Origin: Candidatus Poribacteria bacterium
GTDB taxonomy: Bacteria; Poribacteria; WGA-4E; WGA-3G
Length of the DNA: 64,000 nt
Reading direction: 5' to 3'
NCBI GenBank assembly: GCA_965204285.1
Contig: OZ241980.1
Span: 261,811-325,810 of the forward strand
Shown one piece after another: positions 9,849 through 19,673 of the stretch (its first letter is position 1; each line of letters begins with the position of its first letter). The notes beneath the pieces were generated by a model. The model ran no database searches, was not told where the DNA came from, and saw only the letters and a program-made list of their open reading frames with translations. Made by a program: the position numbers and the translations under genes.

Positions 9849-10087
9849 AAAAACTGTATTTTTTCTTCTCTATAGCAGTGCTCATTATATTTGTTGCTAT
9901 CTTGTATGTTGTGGGTCATGCAACGGATACAACGTTAACAGACCCACTCAAAGAAGAAACTTCAATTAGTGTAACAGAGTCTGTAAAATCGAAAACGATT
10001 AAGAAAGGTTGTGGATGTTGTGAAAATCGTATGAAACGGTTAATGAAGAAATATAGAAATAAGAAAGCGGCAGCAAGTTCAAAGTAA
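9845..10087 (+). CDS. hypothetical small membrane protein with a GCGCC motif
   Basis: It has an ATGA overlap with the upstream gene and a single TM helix. The recurrent hairpin 10100-10127 follows it. Confidence 0.4.
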   Translation: MKKLYFFFSIAVLIIFVAILYVVGHATDTTLTDPLKEETSISVTESVKSKTIKKGCGCCENRMKRLMKKYRNKKAAASSK

Positions 10088-10099
10088 CAATTCATGCGT

Positions 10100-10127
10100 C
10101 CTGCGCGGAGACGTAAAACCCGCGCAC
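10100..10127 (+). repeat. hairpin motif ctgcgcgg-agacgtaaaac-ccgcgc, second copy
   Basis: It is near-identical to 7515-7542. Confidence 0.5.
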
Positions 10128-10211
10128 AAATACCGTAAAATCCATAGGTCGTGTTGAGTTTTGCGGAATTCAAAATAGCAACTAACAACAACCAAAACAA
10201 GGAGGAATACC

Positions 10212-10496
10212 ATGGCTACATATAACGCTACAGTTCATAGAGTAATAGATGGTGATACGTTTGAAACTACATCTGGTAAAAAGATTAGGTTACATGATGT
10301 ATACGCGCCTGAAGCAGGAGAAGACGGCGGAGCTTTGGCTGCCAGCAGATTAAAAAATCTTATAGATGGTAAATCTGTAAAGATTCAAGAGTTGTATAGC
10401 AATTATGATAGAGAAGTTTCTGAAGTATGGCGAAATTCAGATGGACTTCATGTTAATCGAGCAATGAGAAATTTTGGTTATACCAAAAATTCATAA
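10212..10496 (+). CDS. minimal SNase-like (thermonuclease-fold) protein
   Basis: AAGGAGG RBS. It is alignable to staphylococcal nuclease: VIDGDTF, RLHDVYAPE (cf. RLLLVDTPE), and a later ...WRNSDGLHVNRAMRNFGY segment. There is no signal peptide. Confidence 0.55.
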   Translation: MATYNATVHRVIDGDTFETTSGKKIRLHDVYAPEAGEDGGALAASRLKNLIDGKSVKIQELYSNYDREVSEVWRNSDGLHVNRAMRNFGYTKNS

Positions 10497-12658
10497 TCAA
10501 TTAAAACCGAAATAAATAACGTTCAGAGTCGTTCAGTTTAAGGTTTTATCTTTACTTTAGCATGGTCGCGCCCAGGAGTTTCGCTCCTATAGTAAGATAT
10601 CCTTGTAAGAAGGTAGAAACCATTGGAAAATTGAATGGCTCTGAAGCGCGTTTATACAACTTCAATCAGTTCAAATCTGATGAGATTTTCCGTAAATTCA
10701 AAATCATTTTTTAATTGACTTATACTTTTAAATTCTAATTATGTTATACTAATCCTTGTAAAATGTAATACGCTCCAATTTGATTGTGAGATAACCTATG
10801 CAATACAATGATGCTGACCTGATTCAACGCACCTTAGAAGGTGATCAGCAAGCTTTTACGGATCTTGTGGAAAAATACCAAAAACAGATACACGCGTTGG
10901 CGTGGCAGAAGATTGGTGATTTTCACATTGCACAGGAAATTACGCAGGACGCTTTTTTAACTGCGTATCAAAAACTCGCGACGCTCACACATCACAGCCA
11001 GTTTTCAGGATGGATCTATGCTATTACCAGCAATAAGTGCAAAAATTGGCGGCGAAAGAAAAGACTGGCATTTCAATCCTTACAAACAATAGATCCTGTT
11101 GAATTAGAGGAGGTGTATTATTCAGAGTATATGACTAAACAACGCGAAGAAGCAGTAAATCGAAAACGACGCGCTATTGTGCAGAAATTGTTAAGTAAGC
11201 TGCAAGAGAGTGACCGCACCATCGTAAATCTATTTTACATCGCAGAAATGACCTGTGAGGATATTGGAAGGTTTTTAGGTGTATCTCCTAACACCGTCCG
11301 TAGTAGACTCCACCGCGCACGCAACCGATTAAAGAAGGAAGAAGCGATGATTAAAGAAAACTTAAGTAGTTTCCAATTGCCAACACAATTAACTGAAAAC
11401 ATTATGAAAGAGATTTCACACCTTAATCCAGTAGCACCTTCAGGAAACAGACCTCTGGTGCCAATAGTTGTTTCTGCCGCCTCAGCCATTTTAGTACTAT
11501 TGCTGATGGGTGCTGGCACACAATACTTAAATCGTTTTCAGAAACCGTATAGCTTAAACGCACAATCAGAACCGACAATTGAAATAACAGAGACACAACT
11601 TGTCATTGACATGCCAGCAGAACCTGCAGTACGCAACCAGATTGGACGTTCAGATGTCCCAGGCCAAAGTGACGGTGCGGGACAGAAACCAGACACACCA
11701 CTATTCGCTGCAGCACAAGCGGATGATGCCGAAATTTTAAAGGTAAAGCCGCAGTGGGTTAAAACAAAAGGATTTGAAGGCGGTGTAATTAATTCACTTT
11801 TCTCAACAACGCGTAGAGACATTTTTGCAGAGACTACTACAACTCTCTACAAACTCTCAGACAATGGAACGAGATGGAAACCTGTCAAAATATGGTATGC
11901 ACCTTCACTTAGATGGACAGATTGGTCAATAGGTGGCAGACGGATGGTTGAGTCGAACGACACACTCTACATCGTCACAAATGAAGAAATTTGGGCATCC
12001 GTTGATAGAGGAGAGACATGGAATTCACTTGGAACACATCCCGAAGGACCGCCAATAGGTATGGTAAGAACCGATGCAGGGTTTTATCTTGGCCTTGCCG
12101 ATGGGATTTACAGATCTGAAGATGGTATGGCACCGTGGATATCTCTAAAAGATGGAATGGAACCAGGAAAAATTAAGGCGATTGCTGCAGTGGAAAACAC
12201 AGTTTTTGCAGGGACCAATAACGGACTCTATCGTCTCAAAACAGGTGTATGGGAAAAAGTATCAATTAATCAGCCAGATAATACAGAACAAAATCAGGTT
12301 ATCCATGCACTGGCAGTTTCTGAACGCCAACTTTATGCAGCAGTAGGAAAGAAGTTTGAATATAGGTCGGGAAAGCAGCATCAATTAGAACTTACAAATG
12401 ATTCTTGGTGGTCACTCTATCGCTCTAATGATTTTGGTAATTCATGGGATTCCATAGATCCAAGGAAAAGACCATTAAACGAGATAAAATCGAAAAGTGA
12501 AGTGCCAATCAATTTTCCACCCAATGGTGTCAATGTAGCATTAGGTGCAAACCTAAAGATAATAGCGGAAAAAGAAAAAGTTATGGTTGCTGTCCCATCA
12601 GAATTATTCTACTCAATCGATACTGGTGAGACATGGAATTACTTCAGTTTAAATGATA

Positions 12659-13671
12659 ACGTGAGTTTGATAAATAGTATTAGAAATTACATATCATTGG
12701 CAACTGATAGTCATTTTCTTTAAGTTCTTTATGTTTAAGTGAAGGTTTTTTCTGTAGACAGGTATAAGCGATCAAGGCAGCAACTGCATTCACTTGAAAG
12801 TTAACAGGACTTCTATGGCGTGTGTGTTGTATCTCTGTCTGACTTTTAAGTTCTTTATTCACCGACTCAATAAGCATGCGTTTTTTTAGAAGTGCTGCAT
12901 CAGCATCAGACAAAGGTTCAGGTTTCATATTCTTACGCACCTTGTAAATGAGCGTCACACCGTCTTCTTGGAGTCTCTCCCGCAGATTTTTGTTGATATA
13001 CCCTTTATCGGCAAATAGTTTGCCAAAGAGCCCTTGACACAACTGTGGCACGGTTCGCCTGTCATCTACGTTTCCCGCTGTCACCATAGCGGACAAGAGT
13101 TCACCTTGGTCGTTGATGACGAGATGTAGTTTAAACCCATAGAACCATCCCATAGAGGTTTTAGAACGCTCCGCATAATCAATGAAGACGCGATGCGCTG
13201 AAATCCGGCGATTGTGGCAGACCGGCAGCGGTGTTGAGTCTATGAAGGAAATGCCACGACACTTACCGAAACGGGTGTTGAGAAAAATAGACAACAAAAC
13301 CAATACCTCTTGTGAGAGCTGCACAAAACGACTATAGCTGACAAGGTTCGGAAACGCCCAACGCAGATGGAAACAGACATAATCCTGATAATACGCTTTA
13401 AAGTTTTTATACTGCTTCTGATGAAAAAGCACAAGTATCGTCATGACTTCGCTCGGATGAAGGCGCCGGGGTCTGCCCCGTGTGTTGTTTGTTCCGGGTA
13501 TGTCCGGCAACTGGTATTGTGCTTGATATTGTTCATACGTAAGAAAAAAGTCGTCAATTTCACAGAAAAGTGTTATGATATCCATCAGAGAACTCCTTTG
13601 TAAGTATAATGGTATACTTCATCATAACAAAGGGGTTCTCTATTTACCAGTTTTTAATTATCAAACTCACG
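12659..13671 (-). mobile_element. IS982-family insertion sequence (1013 bp)
   Basis: It has perfect 15-bp terminal inverted repeats (acgtgagtttgataa ... ttatcaaactcacgt). A 10-bp direct repeat, ttaaatgata, flanks it on both sides. It encodes one 301-aa transposase. Confidence 0.75.
12680..13585 (-). CDS. IS982-family DDE transposase
   Basis: The 301-aa product begins MDIITLFCEIDDFF and contains a GFKLHLV block and later acidic residues typical of IS982/IS4-like transposases. AAGGAG RBS. Confidence 0.65.
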   Translation of the reverse strand: MDIITLFCEIDDFFLTYEQYQAQYQLPDIPGTNNTRGRPRRLHPSEVMTILVLFHQKQYKNFKAYYQDYVCFHLRWAFPNLVSYSRFVQLSQEVLVLLSIFLNTRFGKCRGISFIDSTPLPVCHNRRISAHRVFIDYAERSKTSMGWFYGFKLHLVINDQGELLSAMVTAGNVDDRRTVPQLCQGLFGKLFADKGYINKNLRERLQEDGVTLIYKVRKNMKPEPLSDADAALLKKRMLIESVNKELKSQTEIQHTRHRSPVNFQVNAVAALIAYTCLQKKPSLKHKELKENDYQLPMICNF

Positions 13672-15052
13672 TTAAATGATAGGTTAGGTGCCAGAATTCC
13701 TTCCCTTGTTCTGATGTTGGATGCAAAGACTTTCTATAGAGTTGGCGAGGCAGGCATTTATCGTACAACCGATGGGGTTAAATCGTGGCATCTGCTTAAT
13801 ACTGGATTATCAAGTGCAACCGTTACAAATATAGTCGCGATTAAAAACCGCGTCTACGCAAAAACAACCGATGAAGTTGTTACTTCAACTGATGGTGGTG
13901 AATCGTGGAGACCGCTACCTATTGATGCTAAAAATATCTTTGTAATGGCAGGATTCAACAATGAACCATATATAAGGCAATATATGAGGAACTTAAAGAA
14001 CGCACCGCCTATTCTACGTTTATCCATTGAGGACAATGAACTTACCCCTATTCCGAATATGCCTGTCTCTGAGGGATTCGATTACATTTTCCAAGAACGA
14101 ATTCCTCCATATTTGATACAATTGGGAAGTTTCGCTGTTAGCGGTGATACCTACTATGTGGAATCTGGACAGAAACTTTACAGATGGAAACTTGGTACAT
14201 ATAAATGGTACAACACAGGTGTAATGGATAAAATGAAACAACCTGATCGCCGCCATAGGGCTACCATGTCTAATGATTATCCGATTGGTATTTCTTCATT
14301 TTTTGTTTCACCCGATTTAATGAGTTTTAAAATTGCAGTTTCAGGCGAAACTATTTACGTCGGCAAACGGGATGGGCATCTCATGCACTCACTTGATGAA
14401 GGAGTTACTTGGAACGATCTTACTGATCATCTACCATTTTCTGTTAAAAGTTATAAATCAATAGTTTGCGCTGGAAACTTTGTCTTTGTGGCAACTGATA
14501 AAGGTGTTATACTGTCTGGCAATGGTGTTGACTGGCACATACTCACAGATATAGAAGGGACACCTCTTATAACAAATAAATTAGTGGTGGATGATATAGC
14601 GGTTTACTGTGAGGCTAAGCAAAAAATATATCAATTGAACAGGAACACGGGCATCTGGCAACCGGTTACACCAGAAATACCATATCCTGTTTCCAGTTTT
14701 GATGTTGATAATGACACGCTTTATGCCGGAACTTTTGGTGGGGGCGTGCTACGTTTTTCACTTGATAATCAGAATTGAGTGATGCATTTATAATATCTCC
14801 AATATTCGATTCACATTGAATTAATATTTCTCCAAGCGGGATAAAATCCCGCTTTTTTAGTTTAAGTTAAATTTATAGAATTTAAGCATTTACTTGTTTT
14901 CTGCTATAATAATTGCAACACTTATAAAATCTGAAGAGCGCAATAAAATTGATCCTACTTCTGAAAACGAACTGGCTACGTAACCCATAAATATAATTTC
15001 ACCATCTTGCCAATCTTTCCTAAAAAAATCTATAAAATTCATATTCTTTCTA

Positions 15053-15085
15053 AAAATTGCATTTTTTTTCAAAAAAGTGCAATAT
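15053..15085 (+). promoter_or_regulatory. AATTGCA-N16-TGCAAT inverted repeat, third occurrence, upstream of the intact sigma-fusion gene
   Basis: It has the same half-sites and the same T8-C-A6 spacer as the 83-bp elements at 3072 and 5257. Confidence 0.45.
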
Positions 15086-15127
15086 CTAATCAGAAAATCG
15101 CGTTTATAATTACAGAAGGTTCTTTCA

Positions 15128-15230
15128 TTGTATGGTGAACCTTGAAATTAAAGAGGCACATTTTCTGTAGGAGCGATCTCCGAATCGCGACAAAACTCAC
15201 TGATAGTCGGGAATCGGAGTTCCCTCCTAC
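15128..15230. repeat. REP-like element family 1 (arm order X-Y)
   Basis: ctgtaggagcgatctccgaatcgcgac - 14 nt - gtcgggaatcggagttccctcctac. Its 5' flank tatggtgaaccttgaaattaaagaggcacat is shared with 1821. Confidence 0.8.
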
Positions 15231-15296
15231 GCCTCAAAATGTCCTGTTAATTCTAAAGGTCACTATAATTGAATTTTTCTATATCTAAGGTGTACG

Positions 15297-18200
15297 ATGA
15301 AAAACGATGATTCTGAACTAATTCAACGCACATTAGAAGGTGACCAACACGCTTTTGCTCTACTCGTAGAAAAATACCAAGAGCAGGTACACACCCTTGC
15401 GTGGCAAAAAATTGGTGATTTTCACATTGCACAAGAAATCACGCAAGATGTTTTCCTCACTGCATATCAAAAATTCTCGACCTTCACACACTACAGACAA
15501 TTTGCAGGATGGCTCTATGTTGTTACAAACCGAAAGTGCATTGCATGGCACCGGAAGAAAAAAATAAAAACACAATCAATTGATGAGACAAATCCAATTG
15601 AGTTGGAGGAAGCATATTATACAGAATATATGGCGCATCAGCGGGAAGAATCAGCAAAAGAAAAACGCCGCACTATAGTTCATAAACTGCTCAGCAAGCT
15701 AAAGGAAAGTGACCGTACAGTGATGAACCTCTATTACATCGCTGAAATGTCATGTGAAGAAATTGCTGAGTTTTTGGGTGTATCTCCCAATACGGTTCGG
15801 AGTAGACTCCACCGCGCACGCAACCGATTAAAGAAGGAGGAAGCAATGATTAAAGAAAATCTCAGCAGTTTCCAACTGCCAACACAATTAACTGAAAACA
15901 TTATGAAGGAAATTTCACGTCTCAATCCAGCGGCACCTTCTGGAAATAAACCACTTGTGCCGATAGCAGTTTCTGCCGCCGCTGCAGTTTTAGTCTTAAT
16001 GCTGATAGGGACTGGGATGCAATACTTAAATCGTTTTCAGAAACCGTATAGCTTAAACGCACAATCTGAGCCGACGATTGAGATAACAGAGACACAACTT
16101 GTCATTGACACACCAGTAAAACCGTCTGTACGGACTCAGGTTGGGAAATCTGATGTAACAGGTAGAACAGAAGGGGCAGGTCAAAAACCGGACGCGCCAC
16201 TATTGGCTGCAGCACAAGTGGATGAAGATGAAATATCAAAACCGATACGGCAATGGAGAGATGCAAAAGGACCGGAAGGTGGTGCAGTTGGTACTCTCTT
16301 CACAACAAACAGCGGTGACGTGTATGCAACGTCAAAAAACGGTCTCTACAGACTCACAGGTGATGGAAAAGCATGGAAACTCATAAACACTATTAAATAT
16401 TCTTCCGGTGATGCACTAACAGGAAGGAATGTATTTCGACATGTAGCAGAATGGCAGAATACATTCTACCGTGCTATTGATACAAAAATCTTCGCTTCTA
16501 CAGATAGAGGCGCGACATGGAAAGAATTTTGCGAGTGTATAAAAGGTGATCTTGTTGGTATGGTGATAACAGGAAGTAATCCAGAATCTGAAAGCGATAT
16601 GACAATCTACCTTGCTTACAAGAAAGGAGTCTTCCGTTCAGATAATGCTGGCAAATCGTGGACACCACTACCCGAAGGTATCAACGATAGACAAATTGGT
16701 GTAATCACTAATATAGGAAATACTGTTTTTGTCGGTACTGACAAAGGACTTTATCGTCTTAACGCTGATAAATGGGAACAATTGTCCATCGCTCAAGCAG
16801 ATACGAAAGAAAACACGCTACCTATTATTGCGATGGAAGTTGCAGAAAATAGCCTCTATGTTGTTACAAGGAAAAGTATATTTGGAGATCCTGATCCATT
16901 ATACACAAGTTTCGGTTTGTCGCGTGTAAGAATCAATTCTCGGATACCAAGAATTGGATTTAAACCTCGTGAACCATACGTGTGGTCAATCTTTCGTTCA
17001 GATGATATAGGCAATTCATGGAAAACTATTACGCCAGATAGCAACAATATAAAGAAGAAACCAGGGCAAAAGCCAAAAATCTCCAATATATTTCCACCAC
17101 GTAAGAACGAAGGCGATGCTCCCTTTATAACATCTCTGGATACAACCTTCAAAATGTCTGCAGCGGTGGGAAAGGTGGTAGTAATAGATGGTGAGGCATT
17201 CTTTTTTTCTATCAATGCTGGTGAAACTTGGAGAACCGTAGACAAAACGGCTAATATAGGTAAGACTTCTGGTTTGGCATTGTTAAATGAGAATACTATC
17301 TATGTATCTGGAAGATTCGGAATTTATCGCTCGACTGATGGCGGAGAATCATGGCATGAATTTAATACCGGTTTAGTGAACACAGAAGTTCGGGAATTAA
17401 TTGCTGTTAAAGGAACCCTCTACGCAAACACAAGAACTGGACTTTTCAGTTCTGTTGACGGTGGAGAATCGTGGATACCTGTTCCAGGCGATACTGGCTA
17501 TCTCACGCGTTTGGCGAAATTTAACGAGGAGCTCTATGTAAGAGATGATAAAATCGGTGCACCCCGGTTTTTCCGCTTTTCCGCCAAAGACAATAGACTC
17601 ATGGACATCTCAGAAATACCTGCCTTTAAAAAAGTTGATTTTCATAAAGAAGTACGTGAGAAACCAATTCAGGATAGAGGACCTATAACATCGGTACCAC
17701 ACGGAAAGGGAAGTTTTTATACGTTGATGCTTGGTAGCTTTGCTGTCAATGATGGAACGTATTATGTGGAATATATGCAAAAACTCTTCAAATGGAAATC
17801 TGGTATACCTGAATGGTCCAACACTGGATTATTAGATAAAATTGGTATCGAGAAAAATTGGTATTCCAATAACTTATTCGATTCTATTGGCTTTAGGCTT
17901 GCTGCCTCAGAGAATAATGTTTACGTTGGAAAATGGGATGGTCATCTCATGCAATCGTTTGATGAAGGCAACACATGGAATGATGTCACCGCGAATCTTC
18001 CATTTTCTGTCGTCCATTTTAGGGCAATAGTTTTCGCTGGAAACTTTGTTTATGTCGCAACCGACAAGGGCGTCGTGCTGTCAGGCAACGGCAATGACTG
18101 GCACATACTCACTGATGCAGAAGGGGCTGCTCTTGTTATGAATAGATTAGCAGTGGATGACACGACGGTTTACGGGGAATCTAAGCGAATAGTTTACCAA

Positions 18201-18338
18201 CTGAACAGGAATTCTGGCACGTGGCTGCAAGTCACGCCAGAAATTTCATATCCTGTTAACTGTCTTGCTGTTGATGGGGATACGCTTTATGTCGGTACAG
18301 CTGGATCCGGGGCACTCCGCTTTTCGCTTGATAATTAA
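15297..18338 (+). CDS. ECF sigma-70 domain / single TM / BNR-Asp-box beta-propeller fusion protein (intact paralog C, 1013 aa)
   Basis: The N-terminus has sigma-70 region 2 (LVEKYQEQVHTLAWQKIGDFHIAQEITQDVFLTAY) and region 4 (DRTVMNLYYIAEMSCEEIAEFLGVSPNTVRSRLHRARNRL). A hydrophobic helix follows (LVPIAVSAAAAVLVLMLIGTG). The rest is about 750 aa with repeated S-x-D-x-G-x-(S/T)-W motifs. Confidence 0.8.
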   Translation: MKNDDSELIQRTLEGDQHAFALLVEKYQEQVHTLAWQKIGDFHIAQEITQDVFLTAYQKFSTFTHYRQFAGWLYVVTNRKCIAWHRKKKIKTQSIDETNPIELEEAYYTEYMAHQREESAKEKRRTIVHKLLSKLKESDRTVMNLYYIAEMSCEEIAEFLGVSPNTVRSRLHRARNRLKKEEAMIKENLSSFQLPTQLTENIMKEISRLNPAAPSGNKPLVPIAVSAAAAVLVLMLIGTGMQYLNRFQKPYSLNAQSEPTIEITETQLVIDTPVKPSVRTQVGKSDVTGRTEGAGQKPDAPLLAAAQVDEDEISKPIRQWRDAKGPEGGAVGTLFTTNSGDVYATSKNGLYRLTGDGKAWKLINTIKYSSGDALTGRNVFRHVAEWQNTFYRAIDTKIFASTDRGATWKEFCECIKGDLVGMVITGSNPESESDMTIYLAYKKGVFRSDNAGKSWTPLPEGINDRQIGVITNIGNTVFVGTDKGLYRLNADKWEQLSIAQADTKENTLPIIAMEVAENSLYVVTRKSIFGDPDPLYTSFGLSRVRINSRIPRIGFKPREPYVWSIFRSDDIGNSWKTITPDSNNIKKKPGQKPKISNIFPPRKNEGDAPFITSLDTTFKMSAAVGKVVVIDGEAFFFSINAGETWRTVDKTANIGKTSGLALLNENTIYVSGRFGIYRSTDGGESWHEFNTGLVNTEVRELIAVKGTLYANTRTGLFSSVDGGESWIPVPGDTGYLTRLAKFNEELYVRDDKIGAPRFFRFSAKDNRLMDISEIPAFKKVDFHKEVREKPIQDRGPITSVPHGKGSFYTLMLGSFAVNDGTYYVEYMQKLFKWKSGIPEWSNTGLLDKIGIEKNWYSNNLFDSIGFRLAASENNVYVGKWDGHLMQSFDEGNTWNDVTANLPFSVVHFRAIVFAGNFVYVATDKGVVLSGNGNDWHILTDAEGAALVMNRLAVDDTTVYGESKRIVYQLNRNSGTWLQVTPEISYPVNCLAVDGDTLYVGTAGSGALRFSLDN

Positions 18339-18387
18339 CTTTAGCATTGAGTTGATTGTAGTAAAACTTACAATTAATGGGACACTT

Positions 18388-18446
18388 CTGTAGCGCAAAC
18401 TGTTAGTTTGCGTCACATCGGCACAAACTAACAGTTTGTGCTACAC
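18388..18446. repeat. solo internal double-hairpin of MITE-like family 2
   Basis: It has gcgcaaactgttagtttgcg and gcacaaactaacagtttgtgc but lacks the TIRs. Confidence 0.55.
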
Positions 18447-18677
18447 CTTCTATTGTCCGTTATGTTACAAAACAGGTTTATCAAAGTGTCTCAATAATTT
18501 CAAAGTTCACTATAAATCTACAGCGTATCTCATAAATAGTAAAAACATTAGATTGTTTTTTAATTATGAATCATTTCTGTTTTGAAGTAATAATCCAACG
18601 TCTTGTATCGCCACCCCAAACTTTATTATTTAAGTTTGGGTGCACAGGTCTTGATAGTAATTTTCCAGGAGATAAAA

Positions 18678-19673
18678 ATGAAACGCGCCTATATGTTTTT
18701 TGGAATGACATTCCTGTTTAGTATTTTTATGCTTACCGTAAACGCTTGGGGAGCTCCGTATATTTCTTTCAATTCTATCAGGACAGGGGAAACTGGCATC
18801 TACATCGGCATCTACATCATTGATACAAACGGGAAGAATCTACGTAACCTACCCGCATTAGGCTCTAGCGCAGCGTGGGCACCAGATGGGCGTTCTTTTG
18901 CTTTTGCGTCGAACCGTGATGGAAAGTCCAAAATCTATATTAAGATATTCAATGCAGCTGAGGCGCGTCGGTTGACAAATCATCCGGAGGGCGATGCTGA
19001 TCCTGCCTGGTCCCCTGATGGAAATTGGATCGCTTTTGTATCCACGAGAACAAAGGAACATCATATTTACAAAATAGGTATCAACGGGAAGAATCTACAG
19101 AGACTGACTAACCAAGGAAAAGACAACCTTAGCCCAGCCTGGTCTCCAGATGGGCAATCAATTGCTTTCGATTCTTTTGGGAATGATGGCAACGGTATCT
19201 ATGTGATGGACGCAGATGGAAAAAATCCCAGACAGCTTATAGACAAGCGGCATGTAGACGGGCGTCCTTCGCATCCTGCTTGGTCGCCTGATGGGAAACA
19301 GATTGCTTGTACTGTCCTTAATCAGGGGAGTGGTATCTACATCATGGATACAGATGGACAAAACGCCCGCCGCGTGTCACCTCTTGGGACTTGGAGCTAC
19401 AATCCTGCGTGGTCTCCTGATAGTAAGTGGATTGCCTACGATGCCTTCGATGCAGGAATTGCGAATCCTTTGCAAAACCGAAACCCGAATTTAGGGAGAC
19501 ACATTTTTATCATTTCTGTCACGGGGGGCGAGCCACGGCAAATCACACAACATCCTGGGCTACATTATTCTCCTGCATGGGTTCCCGAAAGTTTTTTCTC
19601 CGTTTCTCCGGCTGTGGACACCCAGACGACCCTCTGGGGTCGGTTGAAACAAGCTGAACGTATGACGCAATAA
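18678..19673 (+). CDS. TolB-like PD40 beta-propeller repeat protein, periplasmic
   Basis: Signal peptide plus repeated PAWSPDG..IAF motifs. AGGAG RBS before the ATG at 18678. Confidence 0.65.
   Translation: MKRAYMFFGMTFLFSIFMLTVNAWGAPYISFNSIRTGETGIYIGIYIIDTNGKNLRNLPALGSSAAWAPDGRSFAFASNRDGKSKIYIKIFNAAEARRLTNHPEGDADPAWSPDGNWIAFVSTRTKEHHIYKIGINGKNLQRLTNQGKDNLSPAWSPDGQSIAFDSFGNDGNGIYVMDADGKNPRQLIDKRHVDGRPSHPAWSPDGKQIACTVLNQGSGIYIMDTDGQNARRVSPLGTWSYNPAWSPDSKWIAYDAFDAGIANPLQNRNPNLGRHIFIISVTGGEPRQITQHPGLHYSPAWVPESFFSVSPAVDTQTTLWGRLKQAERMTQ

Larger units (their letters stand above)
10798..14778 (+). pseudogene. ECF-sigma/TM/BNR-propeller fusion gene (paralog B) interrupted in frame by an IS982-family element
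   Basis: ORFs 10798-12723 and 13609-14778 are in the same frame. Together they align collinearly to the intact 1013-aa paralog at 15297-18338. The IS element plus its target-site duplication is 1023 bp, which is 3 x 341. Confidence 0.75.

Noticed and set aside
11235-11822. Antisense ORFs (94 aa each) inside the sigma-fusion gene; also 15734-15925 and 16856-17245
   Set aside because: They lie fully within and antisense to long ORFs that have clear domain content. They are typical shadow ORFs.
13240-13603. Small ORFs inside the IS element (13240-13434 minus, 13367-13603 plus)
   Set aside because: They overlap the 301-aa transposase ORF, which accounts for the coding capacity of the 1-kb element.
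14890-15072. 60-aa minus-strand ORF in the intergenic region
   Set aside because: It is AT-rich and low-complexity. It overlaps the conserved AATTGCA-N16-TGCAAT element and lacks an RBS.
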